Source: Podarcis tiliguerta (taxonomy: Eukaryota). From it: 64,000 nt of DNA. The stretch is from assembly GCA_965153285.1 (NCBI GenBank), contig OZ229116.1. One strand, given 5' to 3'. A program made the position numbers and the translations under genes. Shown piece after piece: positions 51,486 through 63,752 of the stretch (position 1 is the stretch's first letter; the number at the start of each line of letters is the position of its first letter). Below the pieces are notes generated by a model. It was not told where the DNA came from and did not search any database. It saw nothing but the letters and a program-made list of their open reading frames with translations.

Positions 51486-53796
51486 TGAAGCTTACATAAA
51501 AACAAATGTTGTGTTGGCCTTCTTCTGTGTTTTTTCTACCATTCTTCACCAGTGAGAAAAGGAACTGCATTAAAAAAATTATCAAAGGGGAGAGGAAATT
51601 TTGTTGAAATTCTCATGGGTAGAGTTGGTGGGGGGTGCTCTCACACTTATTTACTTTTGAAGTAGCAGGAGGTTTTCTGAGTCATTTGTTTCATTCTACA
51701 TGTCATCTTTCTACAGGTCTGCACTGTACAGACTTGCAAGGGGCCCACACTTCCTGAAAACCTCATGAGGAGTTGTTTTTAAAAATTACTTTTGCTTTGA
51801 AAGAAATCAGTGTGCTAAGTTTGTGCTTAATAATAATAATAATAATATAGCAAAAATAAGGAATTTACTTAAAAACAAAACCAGCAAGTACTCCCATCTC
51901 AGGTGCTTGGCAGCCACCCTCTCAAGCTTCCTGTACTTCATTTAAACTTCAGGGGAAGGTGCCATGAGGTAACTTCTCCCATGGGCCTTTTTTCCAATCA
52001 GGAAACACTGGCAGCCAGGGAGGCTGAGGAACACAGGTGAAATGTTTTAAGGGAGGGGGACCTCCCCCACTGCCATCTGCCATTCAGTGGTGTGCAGTCA
52101 GTGGACTAGGGGGACTAGACTAGTCCCCTAAATGCTCCTGGTAATTTAGAGTATTAAATTATTAAAGCCTGGCACCTCCTTCCCAAAGCCCGGGAAACTT
52201 CTGCCCAGTTTAGGGAGGGAGGTGCGATGCTCATGCGCACAACATCAGGACGTTCCGACATCACGAGCGCAGTGTCAGTCCCCCCATTGTCCTCGCAAGC
52301 TGGCACCTCTGGCCCTAACTCTTCTCCTATGAAAAAAATCACTGCATGCCACTACTGCCATTGTACAATGAACACTGTGCAAGTTCACCCCCAGCTGAAA
52401 TTATCCAACATGCTGTCAGTGAGGCAGGAAAACGAAAGCTTTCATGGGGAAAGAAAACGTTTGAAATTTTGGAGGACAGGTTTTGGCACTATACTAAAAA
52501 ACACACCAAATAAAACCCTGCAGAACAAACAAATATACAGTGTATACATGAGTCAACCTTGACCTTTCCTTGTTACCATTGTACGCTTCCTAGAGTTCTG
52601 CATCATGCTGCTAATGGAAGAAGCACTTTCAAAAGCCACATGTCCAACTAACACTGCCAGAAATAACCTTTTAAGTACTATCCTTACGCTAACCTTGGCA
52701 GTTGCAAAAAACTTCCTGTCATGTCCTGTCCCGGCCTTTTGGGTACATTTACAATCCACACAAAGGTCTACTTATTTATTTTTTCCATTTTAAGGTTTAT
52801 TATCTGAGTTGAAATGGCTTGTTTGGGTACCCATGGATGCTATTCCATAATGCTTCTTTTAATACTCTTGGGCTATAAAAATAAATTACATGGATCTTTA
52901 GCTAAGATTTTAATACTTGTTGCAACCTTCCCCAAAATTTACAATGCATTTGGTCATCATTTCCAGAGGGTACAAAGTCCATGGTGGTAGGAGTGAGAGT
53001 TAAGTACAGCAAACTTTTCTGAAAACAGATACATTGGTAAAAACTCAGTTTTTCTGTTATGAATGATAAGCAGCTTTTTTATGTTGGCCCCTGTGACAAA
53101 GGATTAGTAAACAATCTGGACTTTACCAGCAGAAGCAACAAAGTAAACCTGTAGTAAAGGTGGAGACCCTGTATTTCACTGAGAAACAATAAAAGGCTGA
53201 CTTGATAATTACTGATTTGATAGAACTTTGATTTTACAAGAGAGACCAAGTTCATTTTTTTATTTGGCCCCCTGGAGCAATAGAATCTGCAACTAAATTA
53301 CGGTATCTCTGCTGCAACTCTGTACAAACATCTTAGCTCTACACAATAGATAAAACAGTTTCTGAATGATATCCCTAACAATGAAACATTATGCCAGCAA
53401 CATATCATGGCTTTATTCATTACATGTGACTTCTACTAAATGACTGCAATTGTTTCTCAGCTTCACCAAAGACAGGGATGAAGGATGTGGCTCTCCAGAT
53501 GTTGTCGTACTCCAGTTCCCATCATCCTTGGCTATTAGCTATGGTGACTGAGGCTTCTGGGACTTGGAGTCTTATGACATCTAGAAGGTCACAGGTTCCC
53601 ATCCTTGACTTTAGAGTTACTTGGCCATCCTTGAGATAGCGAGCAAATCCTTCAGGGCATATGGCATAAATGTACTGTTTGGCTAAGGATTGCTATCTGG
53701 CTGTTACATACTATTGCAAAATGTCAACAAACATGTTTCCAGCTCTTTGAGGAAATAAAGCCACAGTGCGCATATATATATATATATATATATATA

Positions 53797-54541
53797 TTTG
53801 CTTTCGTAGATTTTCACGGGTACAGGAATGCAGGTTTTGGTGTCCTCGGGTGTCTTCCCGTGTAAAAGTTGGGGTGTCTAGGCGACGTTTCGACGAGGTC
53901 TCGAAATTAGCCCTCCCCACAAAATCTGACACCAGATCCAGAGGCACACAGAACGCCATCACCAATCAACCACACCAGACCCAAACCCAGACCCTCTCCA
54001 CAGATAAATTACAGACACCATCCAGTAGCCAAACCAGGGTGGCACCTCCGGATGCTGCACCCCCCTGCAATCCCTACACAGATCTGGCTGGCACAGGCCA
54101 CAAAACCACAGCTCGCCCCTATACACGAAGCCAAGCCAGAGCACAACCAAGTGCAGTACAGCCATCTTCTCAGAAAAACTCTTCACAAAGTTCAAGAGTT
54201 CAAGACACGAAGGCTTTAGCAACTAATCCACACCTAATGACCCACCTAAGTGGGATTCAGGAAATCACTCAAGAAATCACTCAAGATATCCCTCAAGTAA
54301 TTAAGGAACAAAAGAAGAAAAGGCACACTAGCCTGGGAACCTCCTCTCTGCCCAGAACATTGGAGGCTATACACCACACCTCCTCAACAGTATTTATAGG
54401 AACTCAAACACTGAGATCCTGCTCTGTTCCAGTAACAAGAAGCCGAAAGCACCAGCCTGAAGATGACGAGTGAGACCTCGTCGAAACGTCGCCTAGACAC
54501 CCCAACTTTTACACGGGAAGACACCCGAGGACACCAAAACC

Positions 54542-54545
<4 letters not shown>
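53797..54545 (+). mobile_element. second PLE copy: short inverted tailed pLTR (53797-53902) + 3' body/pLTR (53903-54545), in (TA)n
   Basis: no differences seen from the 45.6-46.1 kb copy over shared sequence; flanked by (TA)n. Confidence 0.8.
54457..54490 (+). ncRNA. minimal hammerhead ribozyme-like motif in the second PLE copy
   Basis: identical to 45958-45991. Confidence 0.6.
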
Positions 54546-54578
<33 letters not shown>

Positions 54579-55788
54579 GAGTCCCCCCCCCCCCAATTAC
54601 TATTTTCAATGCAAGAATGGGATTTGCTTTCGCAAGTAGAGCAAAGACGGGAATAGCAAAATGATCTTTGGCATTTCAGTTCTACGTTTTTCTGTTCTTC
54701 CATGGTTCCTTCTAATGGAGGCATATTGAATAATTCATTCCAAGTTTTCCCTTTCCATTATAAGCATAGCGTATATCTGCAGTCAGCCAGGCCCTCTGGC
54801 TACACCTTTAACTGATTGCTGGAGAAAAGATGGTTAAACAGCTCTGCTGAGCTTTCATTTGCGGGAATGACCTAAATGAAAGGACCTGGAGTGGAACATT
54901 AATCACCAGTAAGTGTTCCCATTGAGCTCAGACACCTCCTCCCCCCCCCCCAACCAACATATCTACCCCACATACTGCAGTTGCCTTGGGGGGGGTGGAT
55001 CCCACACTGTTAAAATTAAATCATTGCTTTCCAAATTGCCTGTGTCTGTTTCCAACTCCAGTCATTACATTGAGCTGACAGGTTTATAAGGACTTTTAAA
55101 AGTTAAGAATTTATTTTCCAGGGGACTGTAATAAGTGACCCCTGCAAATAGCTGAGGTGATGAGATCACATATTGCAGAGTTGAACAATTTTCTGCTGGT
55201 GATTGCTTAGTGTGTGCGTGTATGTGTGTTGTGTGTAGATAAAACACAGAGGAGGCAGCTCTGTAAGGACTTACGGGTTTCAAGGTGTTCTCTCCATGCT
55301 GCAGACTAAATTATGCCTGTTGCTGCAATATTTAAACTCAAGACACCTTTACTTGAAATGTATACATATATATATATTTGTGTGTGTGTACTGCATCTAA
55401 ATTTCATTTTAATAAAACTGGAGAATATCCCTGCTTAAACAGTATGGGAAAACCTCAACTGATGTATCTTTGAGTGCATGAACATACAAAGTCATCCCTA
55501 ACATTTCAACCATTGTTAATATCATAAACCATAAAATTACAAGGGGGGGGGCTCTGCTTTACAATCAGGCTCATTAGCTTAGAACTTGGGCCGCAGGGCA
55601 TCTCCCCATTGGCTTTGGCCACACATACAGATGGCTGGTGATGATCATTTACTTGCTCTGCAAAGACCGAGAGCCTTGTTTCAAGCTGAATGTGTGTTAA
55701 TGTGTATTAAACCTGTCTTTTGCTTCATGGGTATCTTCTACCATTGAAGTCTGATGGTGCAGTTGTGCGCTTTGCGGTGAATTGAGAC

Positions 55789-55876
55789 TCAGTCCAGAGC
55801 CAGCAGTGGCTGGGTGTTCTCATTCTCATGTTGATCCTCATGTTTCAACGTTCCAGGTTCCACCACAGACTGAGAC
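55789..55876 (-). CDS. CLVS1: CLVS1 last coding exon ([29 protein letters not shown])
   Basis: ttctttgttttcAG acceptor on - strand; C-terminal LLALD clathrin box of clavesin-1; phase fits the upstream exon. Confidence 0.93.
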
Positions 55877-56349
55877 CTGAAAACAAAGAACAGCTGTTAG
55901 CATTGCTTAGGCTTTAAGGCTTCAGCTGCCATTTGTCTTTCCAAGAATGTACCGAGTCTTAATATTTTATTGACTTTCTCAATATAATCTCAAGGCAATT
56001 ATCATTTCCAAAAACATCTGGCTTGGTATAAAAAAAGTAGTGGGCTTTGTACAAGTGTTGATCATTGTGAAATTATTTTGCAAAGTGCTGATTTCTATCA
56101 ACACATTGGTGGGGTCAGATTGGAGGAGGTCATAGGCAAAATTGGCAGGTTCCTGGTAGTTTCCCTGATGTCAGGTAGTGATGCTCCAAGTAACACTAAG
56201 CCTCTGAGTTTATATGCTATTTTAAGATGAAGTATGGCAGGTGGGTTTGACCTGCAGGGACTGGAAACAAGGATCCGACCCACTTGTCAGATCCAGTTTC
56301 TAATCCCGGCTTTAAACATACAAGCTGGTGCTCACATGTGCACCACTGG

Positions 56350-56850
56350 ATTTATTTGTTTATTTTAGACAGTGGTTGACTGCCCATTAGCAACATATTC
56401 TGGTCAGTTCACACAAAATTTAAAACAATAATATCGATTTTGAAATATCAAAAAATGTGAAAGCACTAAAATCAATACAATTCCTCCAGCAACAGCAGCA
56501 GCAGCATGAAATAATTCCATAACAGGATTTAAAGCTCAGCTAAAAATAATTTCTCCCAGGTACTAAAATACACTATAACATGGTTCTAAATGGCAAGTGG
56601 GACTAAAAAGGACTTTGAGCGAAAGTCCTTAACTCAAGCACCAGGCAAACCCCTCTGGGGAGGACATTCCGTAATTGGAGCAACAACTCTGAAAAGGCCC
56701 CTCCCTAGTGCCTCACCCATCAAACCTCGCAAGATGAAAAAAACCTGAGAATATCTTCCAGCAAAGATCTTTAGGTCTGGGCAGGTACACACAGGAAGAT
56801 GCTATCCTTTAAGTAACCTAGCCCCAAGTTATTTAGGGCTTTAAAGATTT
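56350..56850 (-). mobile_element. L2 LINE 3' relic
   Basis: - strand CTTTAAAGCCCTAAATAACTTGGGGCTAGGTTACTTAAAGGA, GGGCCTTTTCAG and TGGAAT-like motifs. Confidence 0.55.
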
Positions 56851-57757
56851 AATGCAGTACTGATTTTCCCCCTCCCCCCTCCCCCTCCCGAATCTCCAAA
56901 CTGTGTTTAAATTTCTCTCAAATCCAGGAGGAGTTCAGAGACATGGTTTGTGAATTTTTGAGAAAGGAAACATTGGAGCACAAATGCACCGTCTGCTACC
57001 CTCATCCCATGCATTTGAAGCATTTGAAGCAGCCTGAGTCACCAAAGAACAAAAGAATTGATGGGTGAACGTTACGGAAGACTAATATTTTAAATGTGGC
57101 CCTTTAGATTTCAGGTATCGTCTGTCGCAGGAGCTGAGCACCATGTTCCAGCTTCACTGTGGGATTTGGAACATGCCTTTGAGTTAATATTAGTTAGTGA
57201 TTCATTCACACTGGATGCCATCTAAGCATTAGCTGGATTTAGAAAGTACAAATTATGTTCCTCATAAAAATCACCAGCAGTTCCTTCAACAACACTGCAG
57301 TGTAAAAATAGAACAGCTAACCAGAACACTAATGGGAACAGTGTTCTCTCTTCCTGAAACCCCTAATCTAAAAGAGATTAGTATTCGGAATTGAGTTCTA
57401 GCTGGCGGTTTCTTTCCAAGGGCAAGTGTATGCTTCAGTGAGAGAAAACAAAAAGCTTTTTTCCCCCATTCTGGAAGGTTCTGTCTCTCAAAGTAAGCTT
57501 GTACCATACGCCATGAACTGAGGGCACCTTTAGCTGGTTTATAAAAGTATCAGGCTTAAACCTGAGTTAGCAGCATTCCAGTAAACACATGATGGTTGGA
57601 GAGGAGAACTGGCTGGCATTCAATGCAGAGCTAACTAGCTGTCTCGACATACAAGGATTTACACTTGCATAACAGGATTTTACCCCGTTCTGCATCCCCA
57701 TATCAATTCTAGGTCCCTGCATCCTTATGGAGCAGATTTGGGGAGGGCTTGGGAAAT

Positions 57758-58111
57758 GGGACACGGGTGGTGCTGTGGGTTAAACCACAAAGCCTAGGAC
57801 TTGCCGATCAGAAGGTCGGCAGTTTGAATCCCCGCGATGGGGTGAGCTCCCGTTGCTCGGTCCCTGCTCCTGCCCACCTAGCAGTTCGAAAGCACGTCAA
57901 AGTGCAAGTAGATAAATAGGTACCGCTCCAGCGGGAAGGTAAACGGCGTTTCCGTGCGCTGCTCTGGTTTGCCAGAAGCGGCCTAGTCATGCTGGCCACA
58001 TGACCCGGAAGCTGTACGCCGGCTCCCTTGGCCAATAAAGCGAGATGAGTGCTGCAACCCCAGCATTGGCCACGACTGGACCTAATGGTCAGGGGTCCCT
58101 TTACCTTTACC
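57758..58111 (+). mobile_element. Sauria SINE (lacertid-like variant), full length
   Basis: GGGACACGGGTGGTGCTGTGGGTTAAACC head, (ACCTTT)n tail, TSD TGGGAAATG at 57750-57758 and 58112-58120. Confidence 0.92.
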
Positions 58112-58629
58112 TGGGAAATGCAGGGGAGGAGAGTAGAGGAAGTCCCATTGCACCAGTGTAAATCCTTACAGGAAAGTTACTTGGAACTGCATTGGATAGA
58201 AGCCCTGAGCAATGGAGCTCCATCCCTATTTGAATCACTTTTCAACTTGCGGAAGGGGACTGTTTAAAAAAGGGAGTCTCTTGCATCCCACAAGTGATAT
58301 GTTTAGAACCCCAAGGTTCCAAACAAATACCTGAAAAGGGCTCGGGCCGCGTGTGATTTGTTGGTCCACTATAAATCAAAGGAAACAGTTTCTCCGTAAT
58401 GGTGAAACTCATTTCATCAGCAGCAAGGCACCTCCCTCTCTTGTACAGCCAATTCACAAATATCCTGGGCAAATCCAAAACATTTTCCTGCCTATGGCAA
58501 TGAGGCAAATAGTGCATTTCCCCACCTATTTCAAAGTGCATTTCACCCAGGGTGAATTGAGTGCTTTTGGCACCTGAGAATGAAAATCCCATGAGTGTCA
58601 TGTCGTCTCCTTGGCACCAGGCATGCAGT

Positions 58630-58876
58630 AAGAAGAAGAAGAAGAAGAAGAATTTGGATTTGATATCCCGCTTTATCACTACCCTAAGGAGTCTCAAAGT
58701 GGCTAACATTCTCCATTCCCTTCCTCCCCCACAACAAACACTCCTTGAGGTGAGTGGGGCTGAGAAACTTCAAAGAAGTGTGACTAGCCCAAGGTCAGCT
58801 ACATGTGGAGGAGCGGAGAAGCGAACCCGGTTCCCCAGATTACGAGTCTATTGCTCTTAACCACTACACCACACTG
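58630..58876 (-). mobile_element. tRNA-derived SINE with L2-like tail and (CTT)n end
   Basis: - strand CAGTGTGGTGTAGTGGTTAAGAGC...GGGTTCGCTTCTCC A/B boxes; (AAG)n on + strand. Confidence 0.8.
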
Positions 58877-59347
58877 TAATAATTAAATGACTGACAGTTT
58901 GCTGCCCTTTCAAAATCAGCTGCCTCAGGTGGCTTCCTCACACTATCTAGTGGTAGGGCCAGACCTGGGGTTGCCATTTTGTAATCCTGGCCAATCATTT
59001 GTATGTCTTAACAAAACATCTAAAACTGCTCCTGATTCTTTAGAATCTCTTCCTCTATATTTAGACCAATAGGCTCTCTCTTTCTTCACTATTTTTAGGA
59101 ATGTAAACGACAAATATGGGGTGTATGTGATCCAGAAGCAGTAGGCAAAGTGTTAGCTCTCTGTTCCATTTGATCCTCAGAATAGAACACAGGATTGGTA
59201 TTTTGGAGGCTGAGGAAATGTAGCTGCAGGCAAAAGTACATATAGGTCAGCATACCAGGGTTGGGTGAGGCCAGAGGTAAAAGAACAGTATATGCAAATT
59301 TTACCTTTGTACTGTAGGTTAGTTTCTAAAAGCACTCATATACCCCC

Positions 59348-59774
59348 CAGTGGCGTAGCGTGGGTTGCTGGTGCCCGGAGCAGGGCAAGTATTACGCTCC
59401 CTGGAGAACAGAGCAGCTGGGGTAGAGGTGCACACCGGGGGGGGGGGGGGGTACACGGAGTCTGTGAGACACATGGCTACCAATGCTGCCACTGATGGCG
59501 GTGGTGGGCATGTGCCTTCTCGGCTTGGTGGCTGTCCCTCCCGGCTTGGTCAGCCTGAAGCTGGGCGTGTGGGTGTTTGTTGCCGGCCATGAGGAGAAGG
59601 AGCTCCAAAGGCCCAGCCAGGGCACAGCTTGCCTCCCCACAGATCCAAAAGGCAGCAGGAGCTCAGCTATGTAGCCTAGATGAGGGTGTCTGTCATGGAG
59701 GCACCTGGTTGTGCCCCCTCAGAATTTTGCGCCTGGGGCTGCTGCTCCTCTGCCCTCTGCCCGCTATGCTACTA
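59348..59774. mobile_element. hAT-Tip100-like non-autonomous element
   Basis: CAGTGGCGTAGCG ... CGCTATGCTACTA with an (T/C)ATACCCC target-like duplication. Confidence 0.55.
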
Positions 59775-60774
59775 CATACCCCTCTCAACCCTTCACCCAA
59801 ATAAGCAAGCAGCATTATTGGAGTTCAAGTACACAATCCAGTCAGTAAAAAATACTTCACAGATAGGGGTGTGAAGCAAGGCCCAGTGAGGGGAGATTTC
59901 TGAGAGGCAGATGGAGAGGCCTGGATGAGGCATTTGGCTCCCAGGCCTGCCCTCCATCTCTGGTAAGACCATGGTGATGGCATCTGCTCTGCAGATGTGT
60001 TTCGGTGGGCAGGGAGCATTTCACACCAAATATTCTGCAACACACACACCATCTATCTTTATCTCCATCTTTCTATATATACATCTGTACAGACTCAGCC
60101 ATCACACCCACATTTCCCCTCCAGTGCACTTCTATAGGAAGCATGAAGGTGCCTTAAGGCTCTGATTTAACCTGTCAGCTGTAGTCTTGAACTATGAGCC
60201 ACATTTTTTTTCTTACCTGTGAAAGCTTTAAAAAAAGATCTATTCAAACATGAAACAATCCCAACTCCACTTTAAGATGAGGCTGTATTGGGGGGGGGGG
60301 AGGACAACACAATGAAAGCAACCCACATGCTCTCATTCCCAGTCTTTTACTTCTCGTCTTTTATTCTTCCTTTGCTTTATTAACAACCTTATTTGCTGAA
60401 ATCCATGTGTGGGTGGGGGAAACCCATGACTATCCTGCTGAGCTTTCCCCCTTGAGCTGAGCTTTGTGCCTTTCAAATTGGTGCACTGTAACCAATCAAT
60501 CCAGCCACACTGCAAAATATCTATTCACTGGGGCCTCACCTCCCATCTGCGCATTTCCCTCTAATTCTTTGCCCATTACACCGGCTCCTCTAGGCTATTA
60601 TCTTCCAATGATTCATTCCTGCTGCAGAAAATAATAAGGGAAAATGTTTCCTTCCAACAAGCCGCTATTGATTTACTTATTGATAACATGCAAAGCCTTT
60701 TTGGTTTCAGTAGCATTCTGGGGTTGTTTCTTTTCAGTTCTCAAGCCCTGTCACCTCCACCAGGTGGAGAGGAG

Positions 60775-60930
60775 GGGCTGTAGCCCAGGGGCAAAGTGTC
60801 TGCTTTGGATGCACAAGGTCCTGTCTTCAACCGACAGCAACTCCAGGCAGGGCTGGGAGAGAGATCCTGAAGAGCTGCTGCCAGCCAGTGTAAGACAAAA
60901 TGGAGCAATGGTCTGAGTCGATAAAAGGCA
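60775..60930 (+). mobile_element. degenerate copy of the same SINE family as 21100
   Basis: GGGCTGTAGCCCAGGGG...CTCCAGGCAGGGCTGGGA...ATGGTCTGAGTCG. Confidence 0.6.
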
Positions 60931-61296
60931 GAGACCTGTGTTCCTGTGTGCCTGTCCATGTGGTAGCAAAGAGCTGGATCACCACTTCAGTCCTCAACAT
61001 CTCTAGGTAGTGCTGGGGAAGACTGCCTGCCTGAAACCCATAGAGTGCAATATTTACTCAAAGGTAATTCTCACTGAGTTCAGGCTAACTTCCTTCCATA
61101 TAAATGTGCATAGGATTGCAATCTAAATCTACTCAAGATTGTTTTTGTGAGTCTGCATGGAGCCACTGCCAATTCAGAGTTGACAGCACAAGGATTTCGT
61201 CGATTGAGAGAGAGCTGCATTAGACTTGCTTTTGCTCTTTTATACATAGAATCATAGAATTGTAGAGTTGGAAGGGACCCTGGGGATCATCTGGTC

Positions 61297-61432
61297 CAGG
61301 CATAGGCAAACTCAGCCCTCCAGATGTTTTGAGACTACAATTCCCACCATCCCTGACTACTGGTCCTGTTAGCTAGGGATGATGGGAGTTGTAGTCCCAA
61401 AACATCTGGAGGGCTAAGTTTGCCTATGCCTG
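61297..61432. mobile_element. palindromic hAT-type MITE (young)
   Basis: TIR CAGGCATAGGCAAACT, 8-bp TSD ATCTGGTC/ATCTAGTC. Confidence 0.88.
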
Positions 61433-61440
61433 ATCTAGTC

Positions 61441-61640
61441 CCGTGGTTCCCACAGGGGGGCAATTTGATTTTTAAGGGGGGCAATTCGAGCTTGTTTAGA
61501 CCAAGTTAACGGCCTTTTACGCTTCTTCCACGTGAATACTAGTTCACTTTTTGAATAATAAGAATTATATGTCATGGGGGGGATCAGGATTTTAGAGATG
61601 CTTAGGTGGGGCATGGCCAAAAAAAGGTTGGGAATCACTC
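61441..61640. mobile_element. second hAT (Charlie-like) MITE
   Basis: ends CCGTGGTTCCCA / TGGGAATCACTC, TSD ATCTAGTC/ATCTACTC. Confidence 0.7.
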
Positions 61641-63516
61641 ATCTACTCCCACCCACCTGCAATGCACGAAAATGCAGCTGTCCCATAGGGACATTGAACC
61701 TGCAACCTTGGCATTATCGGCACCATGCTTTAGCCAACTGAGCTACCCAAACTCATACAGGAGCCTTTTAAGTTGTTTTTACTCATGCTTCTATACTTGT
61801 TTTTGATGTGTGTGTTTTTTGTTGGTTGCTTTGAGCTCACCTTTCTGTGGGGAAAGTGACTAATAATAATAATAATGTTCATCTTGCTGTTTTCAGCCTT
61901 CTAGTGTGACTAGCTTCCCTTGCATTTTCCATATGTGTACACAGAGGGAAATGGTGTCGCCATAGTAACTTGCATCCATTTCTCGAGCTGCAAAGCATAT
62001 CTCCTTGAGACGGAGTAGAAATGCAGAGCGCATTTCTCCATTGCTGTAGAATGCATTTTGTCTTCTCGTAACAAACTTATCTTATTGGGCCAAACTCCCA
62101 GTGTCCTAAATCACTAATTCTGTGATTGGAATCCCACTCCATTTACATTTTTCATTAGAGACAAACCACAGTACATGATTTGGTATGTGCTTAAAACTGC
62201 ATACCAAACTGCAGTCGTGTCTATTCTGTATCACCAACTATACAGCTATAATACCAGGCCTGTGTTTATTATGAAGGGGTGGGGGCAGGAGAGCAACCAC
62301 ACATTACAGGCAACATAAAATATGCATAAACAATGTGTATTGGGTTATTACTCAACTACAGATTTTTCAATAATATTCATATGTATTTATGGTCACAGGG
62401 GAAAAAACCCCATAGAGTGCAATATTTACTCAAAAGTAATTCTCAGTGAGTTCAGGCTAGCTTCCTTCCATGTAAATGTGCATAAGATTGCAACCTAAAT
62501 CTACTCAAGATTGTTTTTGTGAGTCTGCATGGACCAGTAAATAGATTTAGTCAACTATTACCTTTCATAAGCTCATTAGTTTGTGTGAACTGTTTTCCAG
62601 ACCTGTGAAAAGAGGCAACGAAGTGGGGATGGCAGCCACTGGATCAGCTGGGCTCAGTTCTTGCAAAATAGCCAAATTTGACATGACATTTCCCCCACAA
62701 TGGGTCCTTGGCCTTATTTGTTTGTAAGGGTAACCCAAACTATGACTTACCATGATGTATGAACCAGGCTCTGGTTTGTCTTCCCAAACAAACCATTAGT
62801 GATAAACCAAGAAAAAACCTTGGTTGCAGTTCATGTGTTGGATGAGACAAACTGCATACCTGGGCTCACCTGTAATGCTTAGTATAAGGTAGCAAGGCAG
62901 CAGTAGGTGGGGGGGGGGAGTAAAGGAGCCACAATTTTCTCTCCAGGCATCAGCACACTTGCTTGTTCATGGCAAACCATAACTTGGTAATGTTACATGC
63001 AAACCGGCCCCATATTTTGCTCTTTCCTTTGCACAGGTTATTCTTTTTCCATTTTGCTGAACAAGTGTGACAGGATGTGCCAAAATCAACGATCATTAAT
63101 GAGGCCCAGAACAGCCATAATCCTGTTACTGCCTCATGAAAGAGCATTTTACTATGAAACATTTTCATTTAATACACTGGTGAGACATCTTTCCCTTTGA
63201 CTTGCTTTGCTCATCTTCATCAGCCCAGTAACTGCTATTATTATTTATAGGGATCCTGTGCCTCCAGATATTGTTCCCATCACCCCTGGTCATTGGGCAT
63301 GCTGGCTGGGGCTGATGGGAGTTGGAGTCTAACCACAGGTTGGACAACCACAAATTCCTCATCCTTGGTATATAGATGCTGTTCTTCCATTGTCATTATC
63401 CTCTCTTGAAGGCAAAGCAATCCTTGCATTTCCAGTTAGGCATCATTTCCTTTTCCTGTTTTAAAGCAGATAATGTTTCATTTCCTCTAAACTTGTGCTC
63501 CGAGGCTGAACCTTAC

Positions 63517-63752
63517 CTTTTCATGAGTTTGGGTGAGCATTCTCTCTCCAAGTTGGACGACGAGTGCTTTACATGCATGGTGTTGTAGGAAGTGTGCGTG
63601 TATTCGTTTTCGTCATTGTAGTCAGGACCAAGTAAAGTCCGAGCCCAAGTGCCCATGTCATAAGGAGGAAGTGTCCCTCCAAACTCTGAGGGCAAGCAGT
63701 CAGGGTGTATAAGCTGGTGAAGGCTATTCAGATTGTTACCATGAAGAAAGAT
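63517..63752 (-). CDS. CLVS1: CLVS1 penultimate exon, end of CRAL-TRIO/Sec14 domain ([41 protein letters not shown]...PKLMK)
   Basis: Sec14 LPSEFGG motif; AG/GTAAGG boundaries; 236 nt; adjacent to ASPH as in other amniotes. Confidence 0.95.

Larger units (their letters stand above)
61246..61748 (-). mobile_element. tRNA(Ile)-like-headed SINE with CR1 3' tail, interrupted by two hAT MITEs
   Basis: - strand GGGTAGCTCAGTTGGCTAAAGCATGGTGCCGATAATGCCAAGGTTGCAGGTTCAAT head; tail TTCCAACTCTACAATTCTATGATTCTATG. Confidence 0.75.

Noticed and set aside
53766-54473. 235-aa ORF as a host gene
   Set aside because: Chimera of (TA)n, an inverted pLTR and the PLE body; not an independent gene.
61680-61748. 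tRNA-Ile-like sequence on - strand
   Set aside because: Mismatched stems and fused to a CR1 tail; SINE head.
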